Shown one piece after another: positions 10,324-22,810 of a DNA stretch of 64,000 nucleotides. The position numbers and the translations under genes were made by a program. The stretch is taken from the NCBI GenBank assembly GCA_964658305.1, contig OZ210885.1, positions 24,056,001-24,120,000 on the forward strand, read 5' to 3'. The notes under the pieces were generated by a model. It had not been told where the DNA came from. It ran no database searches and saw nothing but the letters and a program-made list of their open reading frames with translations. Numbering within the stretch: position 1 is the stretch's first letter; every line of letters begins with the position of its first letter. The DNA is from Leptogorgia sarmentosa. Lineage: Eukaryota.

Positions 10324-12955
10324 CAGACCTGTCAACCTTGAAAATTTAAAACAGGGAGATTTTGCTTTTCAGCCCTTAAAAAACCTGGAGATTTTATCCA
10401 AAACAGGGAGACTTTAATAAAACCTGGAATCATTAATTCCCAATAGCTAAGTTCAAATTCCAAAGACAACAAACTGAATCTGAATCAAATAAAGTAGGAT
10501 AGTTTATTGTTTCTTATGTTTGTCATTGTACACTTTTGTTGCTTTTTTGGACTTCTGAAGAAGATCTTCATCTGGTCGCCATTTATAGCATGGTGTAACT
10601 GCTTCTGGGTTATGGCACTTCATTGCGAGGATACTGGAAAGTGACCCGTCCAATTTTAATGACGACCTACTGTCTGTTTTGTTCTTACGAACGACACTAA
10701 ATAATCTCTCTTGTCCCGCGTTACTGTGAGGAATCACAAGCACTATCTCTGCTAGAAGAGGAAGGTATTTGAATCGACACAGAGAGGTTTCTGGAACTTT
10801 TAACTGTGCAATATGATACCATAAAACATCAACTCTGTAGTGCAATAAGGCGTTACCATCTTCATCTTCTCCATCAATCACTTTTGCTTCAGTCCAGGCA
10901 GTTTGGCCAATGTCATCGTCTGAAAGTGTTCGAAAATCAACAAATTCCTCATACAAGTTGTCTTGTTTGATTGTGTCCATGAAGGAAACACTGGCAAACT
11001 TTTCCAAGAAAAATTCAACATTCTCCCATTTTGCCTGAAGCCTTTTTTCAACATCTATCCAAATGCTGTTGCAAATGACTTCATTGTTGATTGGAAACTT
11101 CTCTAGAATGTATTTTAAAGCGTCCTTAAAGTAATGTAATGCACCATAATGAACTTTCATGTAGTCATTTTCAGAGATGCTACCATCATTCCGTAATCTA
11201 TTTAGTGTAAATTTTGTAGTGCCACCAAGAAAAACAGATCTTGCATCAATAAATATTGCATCATCGTTAAGATCTATCTTTGTAACTGATGACACACTCT
11301 GCATCACTTCAGGTTTAATGATTCTGTTGGCAATTTTTCTCCCCAGATGCTCCATTGATGCCATGAGAATATGAATAGTTGGCTCCTCTCTTTGAAGTAA
11401 GCGATTGAAGGAAGTGAAAATGCTAATGGCAGCTGCATTGAAGAGTAGAGAGGGTTCAAGAAGTGGATTAGCAAACCAATCATTTAAACGTTGGAACCTA
11501 GCATCTTGAAAATCTTCGCTCTGGAAATATGCCTTCAAACTTGGTAGCTTTTTCAATATTCTCTCCATACATCGCTCTAATGAGAGCCAACGAACAGAAA
11601 GGTATTTCAGCACAGACTGGTACTCTTGATTGCAAAATTCAAAGTATTCAGTGAGTTTTCCTTTTCTCTTAGTGCTTTTGTCAAACCAATAATAACAATC
11701 TACGCAAACATCTTCCACACTAAGGTTGACGTAATTACTAAATGATTCATTGGCATGACTGGCCGCGATGTGGGCCAGATGACAAGGACATCCAGCAATA
11801 AATGTCGCAGGATTTTTCCCCAGGAAACGCGAAGGCACTGAATTATGTCTACCAATCATGCTGTTAGTGTTATCCACACTTAAGCTGACACAATTTGACC
11901 AAGGCATTTTATCTTCCTCAAAACACTTCTCAATAGACTCGAATATTTTAAACGCTTTGCAACAATCTTCACCTTCAGTGATACACATGTTGGAAAAATG
12001 ATCAGTGACAACTTTAGATCGGTTTATATCAAAGATTCTGATAGATACCGGATTCATTTTCGCCACACCAGTATCATTTGATCCATCATGTCCAACACTG
12101 TATGCATGGGTCTTGCAGTGTTCAACTATATAGTTGTGACAATCAGGTGCAAGTGCTTCATTCAAAATTGCGAATGTTTTCGTCTTGGCGCAAGAATACG
12201 ATGATGCGATTTTGCTATCAGGAAAAATGTTCTTGAAAAGGTGACCAATGTGATCTGCTGTGGCTATAGGTAAGTTATGCTGAACAATAAAGTTTGTTAC
12301 CATAACTTCAGCATTCAAAACTTTCTTTTCAAAGTTGTTATCAGTATTGAAGAACGACAACAGGGGCTGCTTTTTCCAGGTAGAGTAATTTTTAAGGTGA
12401 GTTTCCGTTTTGCAATGGTCTTCGACGTCTTTTAATCCTTGATGATCACATTTCAGGTTTTTACCACATGGAAGGCAATTAAATTTGTAAATATCACTTT
12501 TTACCGCTTGAATAGGATGCAAAGCTTTCCACTTGCTTTTAAAAGCAACCTTATACTTAGCAGATCCAGTGTGCTTCTTTTTAGATGATGTTTCTGCTTC
12601 ATTATCACTTTCCGAAGAGATGTCTTCCGATGATTCAAAATTAGATTGCTTTCTCTTCGACGCCATGTTTAATTAAACACATGTTTCTGAGATCCCACGT
12701 TACCTCTTATATCCTAAGATATCCCTAATTATCATTCTTAACCTCATTTGCACACTTTTTGCCCCTGATTCAGTATAATATATTGCGGTTTAAAATGCCA
12801 AGAAATCTTATGTCGGCACATGCTGCAGTCATTTTAACTACTGTTTTTACAATTAAAACAACAAACCGGGAGAAAGTACCTTCATACCGGGAGATCGGGA
12901 GAAAAGGGTAAAAACCGGGAGTCTCCCGGCGGCACCGGGAGAGTTGACAGGTCTG
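10324..12955 (-). mobile_element. Intact autonomous hAT-superfamily transposon (2632 bp)
   Basis: Perfect 13-bp TIR CAGACCTGTCAAC; 6-bp TSD CATTAA (10318-10323, 12956-12961); subterminal C(A/C)GGGAGA repeats at both ends. Confidence 0.95.
10504..12666 (-). CDS. hAT transposase, 720 aa, uninterrupted
   Basis: N-terminal C2H2 finger (CLPC..H..H), DGSND, SVDNT, CPCH, RWLS and C-terminal PHSNAGQERLFS motifs. Confidence 0.93.
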   Translation of the reverse strand: MASKRKQSNFESSEDISSESDNEAETSSKKKHTGSAKYKVAFKSKWKALHPIQAVKSDIYKFNCLPCGKNLKCDHQGLKDVEDHCKTETHLKNYSTWKKQPLLSFFNTDNNFEKKVLNAEVMVTNFIVQHNLPIATADHIGHLFKNIFPDSKIASSYSCAKTKTFAILNEALAPDCHNYIVEHCKTHAYSVGHDGSNDTGVAKMNPVSIRIFDINRSKVVTDHFSNMCITEGEDCCKAFKIFESIEKCFEEDKMPWSNCVSLSVDNTNSMIGRHNSVPSRFLGKNPATFIAGCPCHLAHIAASHANESFSNYVNLSVEDVCVDCYYWFDKSTKRKGKLTEYFEFCNQEYQSVLKYLSVRWLSLERCMERILKKLPSLKAYFQSEDFQDARFQRLNDWFANPLLEPSLLFNAAAISIFTSFNRLLQREEPTIHILMASMEHLGRKIANRIIKPEVMQSVSSVTKIDLNDDAIFIDARSVFLGGTTKFTLNRLRNDGSISENDYMKVHYGALHYFKDALKYILEKFPINNEVICNSIWIDVEKRLQAKWENVEFFLEKFASVSFMDTIKQDNLYEEFVDFRTLSDDDIGQTAWTEAKVIDGEDEDGNALLHYRVDVLWYHIAQLKVPETSLCRFKYLPLLAEIVLVIPHSNAGQERLFSVVRKNKTDSRSSLKLDGSLSSILAMKCHNPEAVTPCYKWRPDEDLLQKSKKATKVYNDKHKKQ

Positions 12956-13546
12956 CATTAAAACAGCGTCTCATTTAGTCATATTAATATGAGTCATAAT
13001 ACATAACATTTATAATAAAAGCAGGAGGGTATACGATGGTTTATACAAATATGCATTCATTCATTCATTATTAGTACAGTTGTAAGTATTTCACTTCAGG
13101 GTTAAGTGTATAAGCTACAGAAAGTTATTTGGGGTGTGTATATAGCTATTCATATAATTGTGTTAGCTCGACCAATAATAAATCGTATTCACATGTGCAT
13201 CGGTCAGCGATAAGGAGACAAGTCAACTGCCGCACACTGCAGATTAAAGCGCAACAATTAAATAAATGTTTCATGATGAAAACATACAGACCTGTTCATC
13301 ACATTGCAGACGTTTTCTTTAACATTTATTCCGCCAATCTTAATAAGCCTAGACAACTGTAAAAAATACACATTCTCGTAAGGTTGTAGCTGTATAGCCA
13401 TACAGCTAATTCAAGAAAGGTACGTTGTCCTTTGCGAACTACACTATAACCCTAAACATTTAACTCAAAAGTTTATAGAGCACGTTTGTAAAAGAGACAT
13501 GGAATACCTCCATGCGAGAATACATTCAAAAACATAGTGGAAATAT

Positions 13547-13919
13547 TGTTGAGGCACCCTCAATTAACATTCATAATTTATTATAATTAGAGTGCATGTT
13601 GATAAATAGGGTCAGCGTTGTTTGGGGAAGACAGATTGAACTTTGTGCCCTCGAAGGAACAAGTTGCATACTGCTCTTATTTTTTTTGCTTCATAACACT
13701 ACATGTACCTCGACATTTGGTAAGCTTGATATTTGTTATGCGTTATTAGCTGTGTTTGTCGTATATTCGTGTGCAGGTCCTTATGTTATGTGTATTTTGT
13801 AACGCCTTAGGCGGTAATATAACGTGCTGTAATTTTATCGCTAGAATAAAACCGATTCAAGGATTGCGTAAAATTCAGTCGAGTTCCTCGAGTCCACAGA
13901 GTACTGCCTAGCCTGTACA
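13547..13919 (+). repeat. Putative 5' LTR of BEL element 2
   Basis: TGT...ACA bounds, TATA-like GATAAATAG, AATAAA near 13845, upstream of the ATG at 14073. Left boundary is uncertain. Confidence 0.45.
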
Positions 13920-14072
13920 TAGTTTTATTCAAATCTTGTTGGTTTATATCGCGAGAGATTCCTGGCGATGCAGGTATGATCTTTCACAGTGTTATTATGC
14001 CGTGTTGAATTTTGAGCTGTCTTCTGTTTAACATTTGGTAAATCAAATTCACACACACGAACATTTCAAATC

Positions 14073-15485
14073 ATGGACTCGTCTAAGAGGTCAAGAGCTG
14101 GGTTTCTCGCAGCAGTTACCCGAGTTCGCTGCCAAATTGAAGCCCTTTTGATGAACACAGACAACGCGCAAACAGTTCAAATCCTAAACGAGCGTTATAT
14201 AGAAGCATGGCGAAAGTTCGAAGATTCCCACGTGAGTTTAATCAAGCAGTTGAACAATTTAGTCAATTAAGTGAAGAAAAAATTACACTGTTGCAACGTG
14301 TCACAGTCTACCTCCATAGTTATACAATAACATATTCAAATCATGTACCCAAAGCCTGCACGAGAAATTCTGTTGAAAAGGAACGTGGATATGCCGAAAG
14401 TGTAACTTCATGCAGGTCAAGTGTCTCAAAAACGTCAGATCTCTCTTCAAGATCGTCGGTAAAAGAAAAACGAATTCAAGCAGCGAAAGCAAATTTGGCT
14501 TTACGTCTAGCTGAGGAAGAACAACGTCGAGTGATTGAAGGAGAGCTCAGGCTTCATGAAATAGAAAAGAAACAGAGAGAGCTGGCAAGACAACAAAAAT
14601 TTGAGGAAGAACAACTCGAAAGGTCTCGAAGACTAGAATCATTGAAGCAAGAGACTGATAGGAAGCTAGCAGAAGTACGTCAAAAGGCTGTTCTAACGAC
14701 GTTAGAAGCACAACTGGAAAAAAATATTGATGATAATAAAATTATTGACATGGACTTGATCTCCAATGATGAAGACGAGATTTATGAACAGCAAACAGAG
14801 GACATACCATTAACATACCTTTATGAAGATGAAATTCCACCCCCATATATAGAAGATCCTAATTCAATCCAAAAATCCTTTCAGCATGACTACTCTTACT
14901 CTGTTTTCACTCCACCAAATGAAGTTAACCCAGCATTTTCATCGGCGACGGACATCAACGTAAGAAACCCAAAAGACTACAAAGAGAAGATTATACCAGA
15001 CTTTTCTGTGACCAGAACAAATCCTCCGCATTCATGGAAGTTGCCAGCTTCTTCGCGATCGGAACCAGAAGTTACGACCAAAGCACAAAATTCCCAGTAA
15101 CATCGTACCACAACCCAGAACGTTATCGTATCAGCCTTCAATGTATTCCCACAATTTCCAACTGCCACCAAAAATGCATCCTGTTCCCAAAGTTCCATCG
15201 CCAACATGGTCTCTATGTAGCAGTCCATATTATCAAGACATCCTTTAGAAAACCTCCAGAAAGACGATCAACAACTAACTTAAAGATATCTCGACCTGAT
15301 CCGTACGGCGAGTCTTCCCTACCAGTAAGTTCAACTCCCTACCACAATGCAGATGTCTTGAACACAGTTACATCAGCCATGGAAAGTATAACGTTGGTAC
15401 AACAAAGGTTGGCGTCGAGTTTAAACTTGCCTGCAATACAACTTGACAAATTTTCTGGTTCACCTAGTGAATTCCCAACGTTTAA
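14073..15485 (+). pseudogene. gag: BEL 2 gag, N-terminal part
   Basis: Frameshifted ORFs 14073, 14207 and 15034; ends LPAIQLDKFSGSPSEFPTFK at the Sola3 insertion. Confidence 0.8.
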
Positions 15486-16616
15486 GAGCGTCTGTCCACT
15501 AGTATCGATCCAAATAAAGAATCTGCGGAAACAGTGAAAAATAGATTTCCTTTATTTTTGGCCCAGAGTTAGGTAATAGTGAGTAAGTAAATGTGTTGGG
15601 TTTTATTTGTTTGCAAAAAATATTGTCGCCGAGAAAGATTGCACAATCGGCAAGTCTGATCGCAAGCCAACGGCCGCACTAAATTAAAGCGATTTTTGAG
15701 TTCTCTTTAACCTGATGGCGTGGAGATGCAACAGAATATTTCAGCCATTTTAACTCACGATTATTGTTTTTCAATTATTTCCTAATATTTTCATGCAGTT
15801 TTCGGGCTCATAGGTTTATTTTATATTTTTGGAGAGATTCGTCAAAAGTGCTAGAATTTCAGTCCGTGAAAACTTCGTTACGGCACACAAATTGAAACTT
15901 GCAATTCTAAGCAAGCTAATATAAATGTTGAAAGATCCGTTAAAATTAGTTTGGGGAAATTTACACAGCGCTGTAAACGAGCGACAGAATGCTGATTTTT
16001 TGAAAATTCGACCCTACGTGACTTTTGAACATTGTGTTCGGGCCTTGGAGATTAGAACGAAAATCGATCTATAAGTTTATAACTGCCTCTAAATGGAGAC
16101 TTTCTAATCTCTTATGACTTCAATAGGCTTTCTATATGTGTTTACTTCAAAAATGCAGACCTGAAGAGTCGAGATTTCCATACTATATTTCGATATGAAC
16201 TGTCTGTGACCAGATTCTAATTATAGCATAGCGCTTTGAACGATTTTAATTCTCAATGTACATGTGTTACTTCTTGGTGATTATGTAGTATTGTGTACGG
16301 TTTTCTTCCATTTCCGGAATCAGTTGAGTTATAGGAATCAAGAAAGGGGGCCGTGAAAGGCGACACGACAAGTGGGAAACTGTTAGGTCTCTGGCATTTT
16401 TCTTTCTTTCGTACCCGCGGCCGCCCTGGCTCTACATGTTTCTCTCTTAGCTTCCCTTCTATTTTTATTTTCATGTTTCGTCTTTATCTTATTGTTTTTT
16501 TTATTCTTCTCTTTAAAAATCAACATGGAAAACTTTGATATCTATAAGTTTAAACTGAATCAGTAGTTTCAGTACTTGTTTCGATGGCCGGTAATTAACA
16601 GCCAAGTTCTATGCCG

Positions 16617-19600
16617 CTAAACCTGACATTTGCAGCTTGCATAAAGGGCCATAATCTTTTCTGTATATGGCTTCTTACGCTTTACTTTAATATCTGTGGT
16701 GTCAATACCAAAATGGTGGCAGATTTGCTTCAACATTGCAACGGCAAAGGTCTCCAATTTTGACTTCGATGCCAGATCACAAATGTTGTACGCGTCAAAA
16801 AGCAGTGGGTGTTTTATGGATAGTTCACTTTTGGCTTTATCTGAGAATTCTTCAATCTCGTTTTGCAGATCTTCCACATTATAGTCATCGTCTTCCTTTG
16901 GATCTTGGCTTTCAAGCTTTTTCTTCTTAGCCACGCGTGAAAAAAAGCTGGTAATTTGCTGGCTGGTCAAAAATTCTTCGCTGTTGAACAGTCGATTGCC
17001 GTTGACATCTCTTGCTGTCATCATGGCTCTAGCAACTGACGAAGGATCAGCCTTTTGCCCAGTAGTTTCTCCTACCTGGAATTTCTGTAAGAGGTATTCT
17101 TTCTGATTTTTTGAGAATCTTCTCTTACGTCCTGGCGAGGATCTTAGGGCCCATCCCATTGGCACGTTTTCTCTCTTGTCTTGTACTGTTGTTTTGGTAC
17201 CGCTGACATCTAAATAGGGAATCCCAATCAACTGGCCTTCCAATTTTTCTGCGTAACTAAGAATCGCTTTGTCGAAAATGGTCTCTCGTTCTAGGTGCTG
17301 TTCGAGTGACGAATGTCTCGAGAACGTCATAGTACACCCTTCTTCGGGGCAGCTAAACAGTGCATTTGGCTCTCCAGCTTCTGATTGAGCACTGGGTGGT
17401 TCCTCTGTGGCTACTGTTTCACGGGGTTTCTGGTTTTTAGATTTGATCGGTGTAAATTGACTGTCGCTCGTTTTAATCACTGACAGGGATGGTATTTGTG
17501 ACTTGATAGGTAGTTGTAGATCTTTGGACGGTAGAAGTTTACCTGGTCCAATTTTATATGCCTTCCAGATACGAATCCTATCATCACTATACTTCACATT
17601 AGATACTTGACTGACACCATCCAGTTTCAATGTTGGCATATCCGGAATGTCTGGGGGACCGCAGAGAGTGACAGCCACGGCAGGAACTCCGCCTGACGAT
17701 AAGATTGCTTTCATCATGTCCTCAGGAGAAGTGATATCGTTGCCTTCATTGAGATGGAGACGCATGTGAGACTTGATGGTGGCAGCCTTTCTATCGCATG
17801 CTCCTTTTCCTCCCTGTGGATCGGAGAAATCTATCTGCTTGATTGTAACACCGTGGCAATTGCCTAACAATTTGGCATAAAAAATGTTCGGGCCATTGCG
17901 GTAACATCCAGTGTTATCTTGACGGTAAAAAACTGAGTGTAGTTTTGGCATGATGTTCTTAAGTCTTTCGATGATATCTGAGATTATAGCCAGAACAACA
18001 ACGTATTCTTGACTGCATGACTGAAATATATGGACAAATGTTAACATCTCTAATTGCCCATCATCGCCTTTTTTGGTCGCTACCGTGATGTCCCAGGATA
18101 TGCCACGTTTGGCAAACCAGTCCTTCTCACTTTCTCTGAACTTTTTTGGAATAAATTTCATGGCCCAGTCTTGGGTTAAAAAAACGGAAGTTTCATCGAG
18201 GGCTTCTAAACGTACACGAAACGTCACGTCGCACACGAAACGTCAGCTCTTCTTTCATATCTTTAGGCAGATTTTCTGACCATTCTTGCAAAGCATCCTC
18301 TATGCACTTTAGGGTATCAGTCAACATAGAACAACGATCGCATAACTTATCGTGCTGGTGATCACACTCTGAATGATAATCTGAATCATCAGGGTCACTC
18401 AAAGCATAACGCCTAGAATGATCAGCCACTGTCGAACGCTCAGATACATGTACCTGTAATTTAATGTTAAAAATCAATCAATTAATGTCAGTGGATGAAA
18501 CTTTAAATAATCTAAGGCGATGGTTAATTTTAAGCTACGTGGTCTTGTGCCGTACCATAATGTGGCGATAAAGCCATTACCTTGTAGTCGGATTTCAGAT
18601 AGCGTTTTCCTGCTTTAAGACGATCTTGTTGTTGTTTTGTCCACGCCATTCCCTGACCGAAGTCACCTAGTATTTCAGTTACACTTTCTAGATCATCAAA
18701 TGCCTCTGCACCTGTCGAGCTTATGTAGTCCAAGCCTTGAAGTGACGTTCGTAAGGAAGCGGGACAGACTTAAGGATACGGAGTAGTGTACTGCGACTCA
18801 ATGGCGTAAAAGCTGATTCCCGACAGAATTCCTGGTACTGTTGGATGACTCGTTCAGGAATGATTGTGCGAATCACATTGGGGACCTTGACTAACTGAGC
18901 GGATGATAGTTTTATAGTTTTCTCTCCGAAAGGCAAATCTTGGATAAGGTGTGGACTTGTAATGAAGTTAATGAAGTGGTCAATCTTGCTTGTTGGAACA
19001 GAAATTCTAGACTGGGGTGTCTGTCTAACAGGTTCTCCTCTTCCGTATAGTAGGCAGTGACGTTTGGCCTCAGTATATCGATGCTTTGTAAGACCTGGAA
19101 TCCATTTTCGAAGATCGTTTAGACTGACCTTGTCCGCCATAATGGGTAGAATCTGTCTTCGCGAAGCCCAACTACCTGTGTTATTGTAACATTCAGTTAA
19201 CGCATCCAAAAGAATGGTATCCACATCTTCAGAGTTTGTCGCGTTATCAGGAAACCTTTTGCACATGTCTGTTGAAGAAGAAACTGACTGCCATAGAAAA
19301 TCAGCATCACATGGTGCAATTTCTTCAAGAACAGCTGTCACCCCCTGGTATGCTTTCCGCGTATAATATCTCTTTGTCTTATCACTGGCTTTAAACCAAG
19401 GCGTAGTGAGGGTGTGTCTGACTGGACTTACATCCCTGGAACGCAAAAAGCTGTTCAGCTCTAGTAAGGAATTCCTGGACGAGTCCTCAAAGCTACTATC
19501 ATCATATGGCACGAAAAGACTCCCATCAAGCGTTACTGTGTCGAAATGCGTTTGGCCGGTACTTCTTACGTTCAATAAGATGTCGTGGATGGTTGGAGTA

Positions 19601-22113
19601 TCTATCGTTGCTTCTTTTTCAGTCTCCTATTGAATACAAATACATATTATAATTTTTTTTATTATAATTATGCCAATCGTCAAGTCAAAGTTTTCGTTTT
19701 CTGGTGTTTCATTGATCTACAGCATATATCATGTGAGAGTGTTGACTAACAAAATTAGACTGTCTCCCTCGCATCAGCGGGAAAGTAGACAATACGTTAT
19801 TCACCGGGAAATAGAGAGAAATATTATACCTCAACAAGTCAATAACTGATAAAAATGCATGTGCGCCACATGTAAAGACGCGACCTTTGGAACTTTTGTG
19901 GTACTTACCTACATCAATGGTCACGAATGAATTTTGGCTAGAAGATAGCTCTCATGTCCGACAGGCCTTAAGTGTTATATGAAGGTCATAGTAGTTGACC
20001 TTCATTAATATAATTTATAGGTTATTTCTAGCGTTGATTATTGTCAAATTCAATTAATAACTTTTTACTGCAATGTCGCTAACCTCACAAAAAGTAACTT
20101 ATCAGACAGCAATCTTATACGCCGGTTTGTGAACCTTGCAACTTGTGAAGTAAAGAATAACGTTCGGAATATTTCAGTGAAACGTTAATTGAAATCAGCA
20201 GTAGCATACACCGGCAAGACGAAATAATCTTGATGAATATTTTTTGACGTACACAAATATTAATAATAATTTCCCTCACTGTCCTGCCCCATTTCTTAGC
20301 AAGGATATCAAAACCAGGCTCTTTTTATTGCTACAAACCACATCGACTCACCAAGGACATAGTCTTCATCTTTGTTTGAACAGTGGAACAGTCTAAAACC
20401 GTTCTGCATTCCCGGCATATTCCTGTACAAAAATGAATTGTTTACATTATTGCTCGAACTTCACGTGCATACATGTACAGCAAAAGAGAAATATTACACA
20501 GAAAGAAAAATATTATATAAAAGAGAAATATTATATATTATGAGAATAGCAAAAGCATGTTAATATTTTGATGTTGAATTAGCTTACCAACCTGAGCCTA
20601 CGGGAACAAAGACACCTGTCAAATGCAAGATAGTGTTTGATCTTTCTTTCCCGATCCCCCTTTCACCTTTGGGCCACTTTCCTGTCTTTTCATTATGATT
20701 TGACAGCTCCTGAGGAACTTGACATCGGTGGGAATTTCTGCGCCAGCCTATACCAAGCAAAGAATGATTTCGGACCCACTTCCAATAACACATGGAGTTC
20801 CCCAAGGAGCAATACTGTCGCCATTACTGTTCTGTATTTACCTGAATGATTTGCCATCAGCCCCTAAATTATGCAACTTGGAATCTTATGTGGACGATTC
20901 GAAAGTTTTCCTCTCATTTCCAGTATCAGATACTAGCTCGGCGATTGAGAAACTTGAACAGGACTTATACAACATGGCCCAGTGGTGCTGTGCTAACAAT
21001 CTCCTAATAAGCCCCAGCAAGTCCAAGCTGCTCTTTATTGGTACACGACAGCTTTTGGCTAGATTACCAGAATTGCCCCAAGTATCCTTTCTCGGTTCAA
21101 CGCTTCATCCAGCTACCTCGGCCAAGGACCTAGGAGTCATCCTAGATTCTAACTTGTCATACGATCAACACATCACCCATGTTATATCTTCCTGTTTTTC
21201 CAAACTCAGTCAGATAAATCGAGTAAAAGACAGCTTTGACGAGGACACACTTAAACTAATTATAACATCGTTAGTATTTAGCAAAATGCTATATTGCTCT
21301 ACTGTTTGGTCGAACACTTCAGCAGGAAATATTAATAAGTTACAATCCATACAAAATTTTGCAAGTAAGATAGTCACCAATTCCAAGAAGTATGACCGTG
21401 TAACACCTTTGTTACGCCAACTTAACTGGCTGCCAGTAAAACAAATGCTATATGTAAAAGACGCAGTATTGACCTATAAATGCGTCAATGGCCTTGTCCC
21501 ATTATACCTTAGTGAAAAGCTAACTAAACGATCAAACATTCATTCACGTTATACGCGTAACCATGATTCTCTAAATATCCCAATGTTTAGAACTGCCACT
21601 GGTCAGCGCACTTTCCAATATCGTGCAGCCAGCATTTGGAACAATCTAAATAACCAACTAAAGAGCCACACCAGCTTGAAAAAGTTCAAGGTCGAACTTA
21701 AGGAACAATTACTCAGTCAATCGTAATTCATAATTTTTATACAATTGATATATATATATATATATATATACATTTATTAGATAATTATCACCATTATTAT
21801 ACTATTTATTTCATACTTATTATTGTAAATAGTTATCGAAAAACCTGCAAAGGAATGACTATTAAAGTTTATTATTATTATTATTAATTGTCAGCTCTGT
21901 AACATTGCCTGGAACGGCGAACATCGATGCTCGAGCCAAAATTAGTTCAACTTCAGAATGGATATCCTGTACACCAAAAGCTTTCTTGTGTCCGGATATA
22001 TCCAGATCACATGAAGTAAGTGGAATCACGAACACCTTCTTGTGTCGGTCCCTTGGATCATAGCTACAATTTCCTCCAACTATACTCTTGAATGTACAGC
22101 TCACACTGGCCAT
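16617..22113 (-). pseudogene. Spliced Sola3 transposase, disrupted
   Basis: Exons 22113-~21887 plus ~20767-20592, 20422-20352, 19626-18581, 18453-16617 with GT-AG introns in phase; motifs QDWAMK, QDN.GCY, DPQGGKGACDR; frameshift near 18770 and deletion near 18225. Confidence 0.85.
20768..21886 (+). mobile_element. 5'-truncated CR1/L2-group LINE inside Sola3 exon 1
   Basis: [22 protein letters not shown] motifs; 3' UTR with (TA)n; (TTA)n tail. Confidence 0.9.
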
Positions 22114-22810
22114 TTCTATATTCCAGCACTAATAATGTTGATTCTTCAAATCTGATATTTTCAAGTAAACTAATGTAGAACTGAACCCTGCTGAAGTCGT
22201 AAGACATTAGAAAGTCTCAATTTTCGTTCTAGTCTCCAGGCTCCAAACACAGTGTTCACAAATCACGCGTCGATTTTTTCAAAAAATCAGCATTATTCTG
22301 TCGCTCGTTTACAGCGCTGTGTAAATTTCCCCAAACTAATTTTAACAGATCTTTCAACATCTATATTAGCTTGCTTAGAATTGCAAGTTTCGAAGGATTT
22401 TGAATTATACCACATGTAGAATTATCTTTTTCAATTTGTGTCCCGTAACGAAGTTTTGACGAATCTCTCCAAAAATATAAAATAAACCTATGAGCCCGAA
22501 AATTGCATGAAAATATTAGGAAGTAATTGAAAAACAATAATCGTGAGTTAAAATGGCTGAAATATTCTGTTGCATCTCCACGCCATCAGGTTAAAGAGAA
22601 CCCAAAAATCGCTTTAATTTAGTGCGGCCGTTGGCTTGCGATCAGACTTGCCGATTGTGCAATCTTTCTCGGCGACAATATTTTTTTCAAACAAATAAAA
22701 CCCAACACGTTTACTTACTCACTATTACCTAACTCTGGGCCAAAAATAATGGAAATCTATTTTTCACTGTTTCCGCATCATGCTCGATATTAGCGGAGAG
22801 ACGCTCTTAA

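Larger units (their letters stand above)
15486..22806 (-). mobile_element. Sola3 DNA transposon with long TIRs
   Basis: GAG...CTC termini; TTAA TSD (15482-15485, 22807-22810); TIRs of about 580 bp (15486-~16067 vs ~22219-22806); excision restores gag EFPTFKRRFE. Confidence 0.92.
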
